Part shown: in pieces, positions 42,767 to 49,418 of the stretch
Layout of the letters: each line of letters starts with the position of its first letter
Position numbering within the stretch: the first letter of the stretch is position 1
Source of the DNA: Gammaproteobacteria bacterium
GTDB taxonomy: Bacteria; Pseudomonadota; Gammaproteobacteria; Eutrophobiales; Eutrophobiaceae
DNA: 64,000 nt
Direction: 5' to 3'
Assembly: GCA_016179185.1 (NCBI GenBank)
Contig: JACORW010000053.1
Location: 357-64,356, forward strand
The notes under the pieces: generated by a model
What the model saw: only the letters and a program-made list of their open reading frames with translations
Databases searched by the model: none
Told to the model about the DNA's origin: nothing
Program-made: the position numbers and the translations under genes

Positions 42767-42826
42767 TCGAATATCGAATATCGGATGTGACAACTCTGCC
42801 TCTCCCGACATTCTACATTCGACATT
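42767..42826. repeat. Hairpin built from heptanucleotide units in the queA / tRNA-Leu divergent spacer
   Basis: TCGAATA TCGAATA TCGGATG (42767-42787) and CGACATT CTACATT CGACATT (42806-42826). The arms are about 17/21 complementary. Confidence 0.7.
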
Positions 42827-42902
42827 CGCGGCATACCGTGACGGGATTTTCCCGCGCCGAGGCGCCGCTGCTATACTCTGCCGCCCTGTCATGTCACCCA
42901 AG

Positions 42903-42989
42903 GCCGGGATGGCGGAACTGGTAGACGCGCCGGACTCAAAATCCGGTGGTGGCAACACCGTGTGGGTTCGATTCCCTCTCCCGGCACCA
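42903..42989 (+). tRNA. tRNA-Leu (anticodon CAA)
   Basis: 87 nt. Acceptor GCCGGGA/TCCCGGC plus ACCA; anticodon stem CCGGA/TCCGG with loop CTCAAAA; long variable arm; GGTTCGATTCC T-loop. Confidence 0.95.
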
Positions 42990-43207
42990 GACCTCTCAAA
43001 TATCTTTCCCGAATTTGCCCCAACATGGGAAAGTCCGGAACCGGGAGGTTAACGATAATGCCTGTTCAAACCACAGTCCTTCCGTTGCCACGCCCAGAAA
43101 TCAAGGCGTCTGCTTATGCCAATCAACCGCCATCCGCCAATCCTACCCCACTCAATAAGGGGGCAGAAACTGCGAATGTCTACATATCGCTAGGGGATAA
43201 ACGCCCT

Positions 43208-43759
43208 TTACTTACTTGTAACAACCGCCGCCCTGTAGCTTCCCAGCAGAGCCATCAGCTCATCCATCTCTTTTTTGGGCACGTTGAACTTGTAAAATGT
43301 GGTAGCACACTCGTTCATCACCACATCAAACTCGCGGTCCGTAATTTTGAGATGCGCATGGGCTTTGTCCAACGGCAAGCCCGGGTACATCTTGGGCCCG
43401 CCCGTATGTTCAACCACCCAGGCGGTGACCAGGACCTTGAACCCCGCTTGACCCTGGCGGTCGTGGACCGCCTTGACGGCCGGGTTGGCGTTCAGCGTGC
43501 CGTTGACATACAGGCGGTCAACCAAGTCGTCCACAGTGGCGGCAATCCCGTAAATGCCACCGACGCGCTCGTACAGCGACTTCTCCCCGGCTGCTGGCTT
43601 CTCCTCGGCTGCGGCCGGCATGGCAACAAGCACCATTGCGGCCGTTGTGGCAGCACAAAATAGCCTCAAGACACGGCGTCCCGTGACGATTATATCTATA
43701 GCTAACTCATGGACTTTCTCTCCAAGACCAGGGCTTTCATTAAACGTTGCTTCAATCAT
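43208..43759 (-). CDS. Group I truncated haemoglobin (2-on-2 globin) with an N-terminal Tat-like export signal
   Basis: SLYERVGGIYGIAATVDDLVDRLYVN...GGPKMYPGLPLDKAHAHLKITDREFDVV resembles the trHbN pattern. It is preceded by TGRRVLRLFCAATTAAMVLVAMPAAA|EEK. A strong SD (GAGGAGGAGAGG) lies before ATG 43759. Confidence 0.75.
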   Translation of the reverse strand: MIEATFNESPGLGEKVHELAIDIIVTGRRVLRLFCAATTAAMVLVAMPAAAEEKPAAGEKSLYERVGGIYGIAATVDDLVDRLYVNGTLNANPAVKAVHDRQGQAGFKVLVTAWVVEHTGGPKMYPGLPLDKAHAHLKITDREFDVVMNECATTFYKFNVPKKEMDELMALLGSYRAAVVTSK

Positions 43760-43800
43760 TTTCCTCTCCTCCTCATATAGTGGTTTTTACTGCATCACTA

Positions 43801-44107
43801 TGGCATGCCCCGGGGTCCGTTGACACCGCCTTAGCTAACATCGCTTGTCTCTCGAACTCCATCGGACTCAGTCCGCCGAGCGTCGAATGCCTGCGCCGGT
43901 TCAGCTTGATAATCCCGCACCCACCGGCGCAGCACCCCTTCATGCACTTCCAATTGCCGTGCCGCACGCGTCACCGGCTGACCACGCTCCACGACCAAAC
44001 ACACCGCCGCGCGTTTGAACTCCGCCGTGTAACTTCGTCTTTCCATCGCACACCTCCAAGTTCATCATGCACCTTAACCTGGTGTCAATGAAACCTGGGG
44101 CATGCCA
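43801..44107 (-). mobile_element. Internally deleted IS3-family element (307 bp) with intact 27-bp terminal inverted repeats
   Basis: TGGCATGCCCCGGGGTCCGTTGACACC (43801-43827) versus the reverse complement of 44081-44107, TGGCATGCCCCAGGTTTCATTGACACC (23/27). Inside are an OrfA N-terminus and an OrfB C-terminal tail only. Confidence 0.8.
43831..44046 (-). pseudogene. IS3-family transposase remnant (OrfA helix-turn-helix N-terminus)
   Basis: MERRSYTAEFKRAAVCLVVERGQPVTRAARQLEVHEGVLRRWVRDYQ. The overlapping frame 43773..43967 carries RRHSTLGGLSPMEFERQ, the typical extreme C-terminus of an IS3 integrase. The catalytic DDE core is missing. Confidence 0.8.
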
Positions 44108-44126
44108 CCCCGGTAAAACCCTAACC

Positions 44127-44330
44127 CTAATCGTCCGGATTGTGCCGGACAGCCAAGGTGAAGGCCCACGCGGCCAGCGATCCTGCGACAACAAAGGCGA
44201 TCCATGATATCCATACGGGAACGGTCCACGTGCCGACCTGCACTGGCCACTGATTCAGGGCACGGGTGAGCTGCACCAGCGAGACAATTGCAAATACCGC
44301 GCCCGAAATAAGTGCGTAAGTTTTGACCAT
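44127..44330 (-). CDS. Small hypothetical membrane protein (2 TM)
   Basis: 67 aa: MVKTYALISGAVFAIVSLVQL...VWISWIAFVVAGSLAAWAFTLAV. GGGAG lies 7 nt upstream of the ATG. I recognise no family. Confidence 0.45.
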   Translation of the reverse strand: MVKTYALISGAVFAIVSLVQLTRALNQWPVQVGTWTVPVWISWIAFVVAGSLAAWAFTLAVRHNPDD

Positions 44331-44740
44331 TGCGGACTCCCAGAAGTTAGAGACGACCTGCCCCCAACAGGTGATTGCGGGACGAATAGTGCGCTGTACA
44401 CTTCCAGTATAGGACGGAGCCTACGGAGCTGCGCCTTGATCACGTGGATCCTCATTTTGGCCGGCCGTGGGATTGGACGAAGAAGATCAGTCCGGCGAGC
44501 ATGCCAATCAACGCAATGACTGCCCGACGACATACATAACCCGTTCGGTAGCGCTGGAAATATAGAGACCGAATGAAAGCCCGGCTCCCAGCAGCGCGAT
44601 TATGCACCCGGCAGCGATGAACGCGAAGGGGAGGCTGTAGCGGTCTTCATCGCGTTCATTCATCTTTTAGCAGGTTTTACCTAAAACCTACCTAAAAACG
44701 TCTTGCAGTTTGGAAATTATATGTAACAAATTGATAAATA

Positions 44741-44790
44741 TGGCGCTCCCTAGGGGACCCGAACCCCGGTTTTCGCCGTGAGAGGGTCGC
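44741..44790 (-). pseudogene. tRNA-Glu 3'-half copy (att-like scar or pseudo-tRNA)
   Basis: The minus strand reads CGACCCTCTCACGGCGAAAACCGGGGTTCGGGTCCCCTAGGGAGCGCCA. Versus the anticodon-stem-to-CCA part of the true tRNA-Glu at 57036-57111 it has 2 substitutions and 1 extra base. The 5' half has no D-arm. Confidence 0.8.
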
Positions 44791-44984
44791 ACTGTAGACG
44801 ATCGGACGAGGAATGGAAGCGAGCGGAAACCGGACAGCAAATTTCATGACGTCGGATTTATGTTCTCTGCAGGACGGCCCTGTACCATTTCCAATTGTCA
44901 ATTACCGGGGATTGACCAAATTGGATGTCTGGGCGGACCTGGATTGCGGGTTGAAATAAGAATCCGACCTTCCATGGAGGAAAA

Positions 44985-45707
44985 GTGCGAGAGGATCGGT
45001 TGAAAAACTGGAATGAGTTAACCAGGCTTGCCGACGCGCAAAAGCGAGGTGGCTGGTTGTACCGTGGTGAGACTCGTTGCGATTATAAGTTGGTCTCTAA
45101 GATTGGTCGGGAAGGGGCGCGGAAAGATCACCAAGGCCGAGATCTACCATACGATGATGTACAAGAGCGCTTGCTCCTGGAGGAATTTAAGCGGCAAGCG
45201 CGACCGATGCTCGAGTTGCAGCCACAATCCAAACTCGAATTGATGGCAGTGGCACAACATCACGGTCTTAAAACGCGGCTTCTAGACTGGACAGACAGTT
45301 TGTTAGTAGCGGCAATGTTCGCAACTGAAAAAGGGGTGACAATTGAGAAAGACTTGGAAACTGGGAAGGAAAAGAGAATTCCACCGGTCATTTACGCGGT
45401 TTGCGGATTAGCAATGGCCAGTGATACCGATGATCCCTTCAAACTCGACCAAGTAAGTGTGTATCGTCCGGCGCACATTAGCCCTCGAATAGCACCTCAG
45501 CAGGGTGTATTTACAGTTCATCCAAAGCCATGCGAGCGCTTTGACCATGCTGCGCTTGTAAAGTGGATATTGGATATCGACGGGACGCTTGAGATAAAGC
45601 TGGCATTGGACGCTGTCGGCATTTCTAGGGGATCACTATTCCCAGGCATCGATGGTCTCACCGAAGCTCTGAACTGGCGGCACAAGTGGAACGTCTTGCG
45701 GCGATAG
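44985..45707 (+). CDS. FRG-domain protein
   Basis: 240 aa, GTG start with GGAGG 4 nt upstream. GGWLYRGETRCDYKLVSKIGR (the [FY]RG motif), AVAQHHGLKTRLLDWTDSLLVAAMFA and ISPRIAPQQGVFTVH. Lower GC than the neighbouring genes. Confidence 0.75.
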   Translation: MREDRLKNWNELTRLADAQKRGGWLYRGETRCDYKLVSKIGREGARKDHQGRDLPYDDVQERLLLEEFKRQARPMLELQPQSKLELMAVAQHHGLKTRLLDWTDSLLVAAMFATEKGVTIEKDLETGKEKRIPPVIYAVCGLAMASDTDDPFKLDQVSVYRPAHISPRIAPQQGVFTVHPKPCERFDHAALVKWILDIDGTLEIKLALDAVGISRGSLFPGIDGLTEALNWRHKWNVLRR

Positions 45708-45824
45708 ATAGGACCATCCGCTAGTGGCGCCAAAACATCAGTTGACTGCACGGGGGTATTTTTGGGGGTATTTTTCGATTCCATGCAAAATCTCCCGTGT
45801 ATTTATGCGGCTTGCAGCCTGATT

Positions 45825-45847
45825 TTCGATTCCCTCTCCCGCACCAG
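45825..45847 (+). repeat. Direct repeat of the tRNA-Leu 3' end (attR-like island boundary)
   Basis: TTCGATTCCCTCTCCC-GCACCAG versus 42967-42990 TTCGATTCCCTCTCCCGGCACCAG: same orientation, one base deleted. Confidence 0.8.
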
Positions 45848-45849
45848 TC

Positions 45850-46965
45850 TCAAACAAGGTCTCGCAGCAGTGCCAATGCGGGCGCAACGCGCACACCCTC
45901 CGGGCTCTGGTAATCCTTGGTACCTGTCGCCGAGATCTGCCAGGCCTCGGCCGCCGGGAAGCGTGCCTTGAGGTAGCGCAGGCCGCGATCAATCGGCGCG
46001 TCACCCCATTTGCACTCGACGAGCAGGAAAGGTTTGCGTCCCTCGACAAGCACAAAGTCCACCTCGCGCCGGTCCACGTCCCGGAAGTAGCGCAGTTCGA
46101 GCGAGCGTCCTTTCGTGTCCTCCTCGAAATGTACCCACTTGAGCAGGTGGCAGGCGACGAGGTTCTCGAAGCGCGCCGCATCCTCGGGCACGACGGTCCA
46201 GTCAAGGTGATAGTGCTTCTGTTCCTTCTTCACGGCCCGTACGCGCGGCGCGCCAAACGGAGACAGACGAAACAGAGCGTAGAGACGTTCGAGCGCCGCG
46301 ATCCAGCCGGCGACGGCCTTGTGGCTGACCTGCAGATCTTCCCGCAACGCGTTCAGCGACAGCGGCGAGCCGACCAGCTCGGGCAGCCGCAGCATGAGCA
46401 ACTCCAGGTGTCCAAGATCGAGGATGCGTTCAAGGGAAGCCACCTCCTCGCGCACCAGCAGGCCGCGGTAGTTGCGCGACCAGCGTTTCGCCTCTGTTTC
46501 GCTGCCGCAGAGAAACGGCTCCGGAAAGCCCCCGAGCCGCAGCAATTCCGCCAGTTCCGCAGGTTTTTCCAGGCCCAGCTCGGCCGCGGAGAACGGGTGC
46601 AGCCGCAACATGTGGTAGCGTCCCTGCAGCGAATCGCCGCCGAACCGGTACAGGTCGAGCCGCGCACTGCCGCTGACCAGGATGCGCTGGCCCCGCGGCC
46701 GGCCGTCATACAGACCTTTCAGCCAGTTGCGCCAGCGCCGGTACTTGTGGATCTCATCGAGCACCCAGAGCTTGCCCGGAGGCAGCTCGCCGCGCAGGAT
46801 GCGTTCCCGATGTTCGCCCACGTCCCAATTGAGGTAGGCTTTGCGCGCGCCCGGAAGTGCGAGGGCGAGCGTCGTCTTGCCGACCTGACGGGGGCCGGCA
46901 ACGAATACCATCTTGCGCGCGAGATCGCGCCGCACGGCGGCGGCAAGGTAGCGGGGGCGTACCAT
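45850..46965 (-). CDS. AAA-family ATPase with C-terminal DUF4143 (PD-(D/E)xK-like) domain
   Basis: 371 aa: Walker A GPRQVGKTT, Walker B LWVLDEIH, and C-terminal EVDFVLVEGRKPFLLVECKW. Confidence 0.8.
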   Translation of the reverse strand: MVRPRYLAAAVRRDLARKMVFVAGPRQVGKTTLALALPGARKAYLNWDVGEHRERILRGELPPGKLWVLDEIHKYRRWRNWLKGLYDGRPRGQRILVSGSARLDLYRFGGDSLQGRYHMLRLHPFSAAELGLEKPAELAELLRLGGFPEPFLCGSETEAKRWSRNYRGLLVREEVASLERILDLGHLELLMLRLPELVGSPLSLNALREDLQVSHKAVAGWIAALERLYALFRLSPFGAPRVRAVKKEQKHYHLDWTVVPEDAARFENLVACHLLKWVHFEEDTKGRSLELRYFRDVDRREVDFVLVEGRKPFLLVECKWGDAPIDRGLRYLKARFPAAEAWQISATGTKDYQSPEGVRVAPALALLRDLV

Positions 46966-47244
46966 GCCAACACGCTACCTGAATTCTTTCCATCAGTCAA
47001 AAATACTCGCGTGTGTTTTCGACTACCGGTGAAATGGCCAGGGCCGGAATGTGAGCAAAACGGGAAGCATCGGGCAGCCGCCTTCCCCCGGAAAGGAACC
47101 CGGTTGCCGCCGCAATGTACCGGGATCACCGGTCCGCGGTCGGGTAAATCCAATCAGCGATGGAGATCCCCGGCGGTAACGAGGTTTGCAGGAGGAGACG
47201 CGAGCAATGGTTTTTTTCTCACAAATTGGTTGGCAGAATCGAGG

Positions 47245-49359
47245 ATGGACATCTTGAACTTTCTCAGGATATTTCTGCTCACGCTGCTGTTTGCCGGCAC
47301 CGCGGCGCACGCCGACGACGACGCAACCGATCCGTTCCTCTGGCTCGAGGAGATCGAGGGCGAGCGCGCGCTCGACTGGGTGCGGGCGCAGAACGCGCAC
47401 TCCCAGGCGGCGCTGCAGGCCGATCCGCGCTTTCCCGCCATGCACGCGGAGGCGAGGGCAATTCTGACCTCGAAGGAGCGCATCGCCTACGGCGAGATCC
47501 ACGCCGGCCACGTTTACAACTACTGGCAGGACGATCAGGCCGTGCGCGGCCTCTGGCGTCGCGCCGATCTGAAGAGTTACCGCGCGGGGAAACCGCGTTG
47601 GGAGATCCTCATTGATCTCGACCGGCTCGCCGGGGCCGAGGGCGAGAACTGGATCCATGGCGACATCGAATGCCTTGCGCCGGCCTACATCCACTGCATG
47701 GTGGAACTCTCCCGGGGCGGCAAGGACGCGGGCGTCTGGCGCGAGTTCGACACCAAGGCGAAGCGCTTCGTCGAGAACGGATTCTTCCTGCCCGAGGCGA
47801 AGTCCGCGGTTTCCTGGCTCGATGCGGACACGCTGCTTGTCGGCACCGACCGCGGCGCGGGCACATTGACCACTTCCGGCTACCCGCGCACCGCGGTGCG
47901 CTGGTCGCGGGACACCGCGCTTGCCGAGGCCCCGGTGATCCTCGAAGGCGAGACCACCGACGTATCCGCGCAGGTGTTTGCGGAACAGGAAAGCGGGCGG
48001 GCCCACGTCTTCGGCCTGCGCACGCCGTCGTTCTTCGAGCGCCTCTACTCCTACCAGAAGCCGGACGGCAAGTTCGCGCCGCTCCCCTTGCCGCGTAACG
48101 CGGACTACGAGGGCGTACTGGGCGGGCGCGCGATCTTTGTGCTGCGCGAGACCTGGCAGCATCGCAATGGGACTTATCCGCAGGGCACTGTGATCGCCTA
48201 TGACCCGGCCGCGGATACCGCGGAGCTCGTGTTCGCGGCGGCGGAGAACCAATCCATCGAGGAGGTGGGCGTCGGCGAGGCCTCGCTGGTGATCGTCTAT
48301 CTGGAGGATGTCGTGGGCCGTGCGACGCGGTTCACGCGCCATCCGGCATCGGGACACTGGCGCAGGGCGGACATCGCATTGCCGGACAAGGGAACCGTCT
48401 CACTGGTCTCTGCCGGCGGCGGCACCGATGAGGCGCTCGTGTCCTTCGAAAGCCTGACGGTGCCGGGGTCGCTCTACTATGTGCCGGCGGAAAACCGCTC
48501 GCAGCGGATCGCGACGACGCCCGCGTTCTATGACGCCGCAGACGTCGCCGTGGAACAGCGCTTTGCGACCTCTCCGGACGGCATGCGCATCCCCTACTTT
48601 GTCATGGGCCGGAAAGAGGTGCTTTCCGCCGGCAATGCGCCGACGGTGCAGTACGGCTACGGCGGATTTCTCGCGGCGACGTTGCCGCTCTATTACGACG
48701 ACCCGGCCCGGCCGCAGCACGGCGCGCTGGCCGGGAAACTGTGGGTATCACGCGGCGGCGTGCTGGTGCTCTCCAATATCCGCGGCGGTTCGGAATACGG
48801 GCCGCGCTGGCACGAGGCGGCGCTCAAGGAACACCGCCAGCGCTCGTTCGACGATTTCATCGCCATCTCCGAGGATCTGATCCGCAGCGGCTTGACGTCA
48901 AAGAAGAAATTGGGCGCGTTCGGCCGCTCCAACGGCGGGCTCTTGATGGGCGCGCTGCTGACGCAGCGTCCGGAACTCTACGCAGCGCTGGACATCGGCG
49001 TGCCGCTGTTCGACATGAAGCGCTACAACAAGCTTTTGGCCGGCGCCTCCTGGATGGGCGAGTACGGCGACCCCGACAGCCCGGAAGAGTGGGTATTCAT
49101 TTCGCGCTATTCGCCGTACCAGAATCTCCGCGCCGGGCAGCCCTATCCCCTCATCTTCTGCTACACCTCCACGAAGGACGACCGGGTGCATCCGGGACAC
49201 GCGCGCAAGGCCATCGCTGCGCTCGCCGCCCTCGGCTACCCCTATTACTATTATGAGAACATCGAGGGCGGGCACGGCGGCACGGCAAACCAGGACCAGC
49301 TCGCCTATCGCACCGCGCTGGAATACGCGTACTTTGCGAAGATGCTGATGCCGGAGTGA
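47245..49359 (+). CDS. Prolyl oligopeptidase family (S9A) serine peptidase, secreted
   Basis: From ATG 47245: signal MDILNFLRIFLLTLLFAGTAAHA, then DPFLWLEEIEGERALDWV. Catalytic region GRSNGGLLMG, KDDRVHPGHARK, EGGHGG. The ORF-track start 46129 is an antisense read-through of the ATPase gene. Confidence 0.88.
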   Translation: MDILNFLRIFLLTLLFAGTAAHADDDATDPFLWLEEIEGERALDWVRAQNAHSQAALQADPRFPAMHAEARAILTSKERIAYGEIHAGHVYNYWQDDQAVRGLWRRADLKSYRAGKPRWEILIDLDRLAGAEGENWIHGDIECLAPAYIHCMVELSRGGKDAGVWREFDTKAKRFVENGFFLPEAKSAVSWLDADTLLVGTDRGAGTLTTSGYPRTAVRWSRDTALAEAPVILEGETTDVSAQVFAEQESGRAHVFGLRTPSFFERLYSYQKPDGKFAPLPLPRNADYEGVLGGRAIFVLRETWQHRNGTYPQGTVIAYDPAADTAELVFAAAENQSIEEVGVGEASLVIVYLEDVVGRATRFTRHPASGHWRRADIALPDKGTVSLVSAGGGTDEALVSFESLTVPGSLYYVPAENRSQRIATTPAFYDAADVAVEQRFATSPDGMRIPYFVMGRKEVLSAGNAPTVQYGYGGFLAATLPLYYDDPARPQHGALAGKLWVSRGGVLVLSNIRGGSEYGPRWHEAALKEHRQRSFDDFIAISEDLIRSGLTSKKKLGAFGRSNGGLLMGALLTQRPELYAALDIGVPLFDMKRYNKLLAGASWMGEYGDPDSPEEWVFISRYSPYQNLRAGQPYPLIFCYTSTKDDRVHPGHARKAIAALAALGYPYYYYENIEGGHGGTANQDQLAYRTALEYAYFAKMLMPE

Positions 49360-49418
49360 GCACGCGTCGCGTTCCTCGTGATGGCACGTAAAACCGCCCG
49401 GCGCTGTCTAAAATATTC

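Noticed and set aside
42962-43663. 233-aa plus-strand ORF starting inside tRNA-Leu
   Set aside because: It overlaps the tRNA and runs antisense through the globin gene. The globin frame has the conserved motifs and a strong RBS.
44119-44130. CCCTAACCCTAA (two telomere-type hexamers) next to the IS end
   Set aside because: There are only two units with no array continuation, so it is most likely chance.
44692-44901. 69-aa minus-strand ORF
   Set aside because: It is laid over the tRNA-Glu 3'-half copy and AT-rich flanking DNA, and has no RBS.
46129-47244. N-terminal 372 residues of the 1076-aa ORF-track version of the prolyl oligopeptidase
   Set aside because: That part is antisense to the AAA/DUF4143 ATPase gene and spacer. 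A signal peptide and the conserved POP N-terminus begin at ATG 47245.
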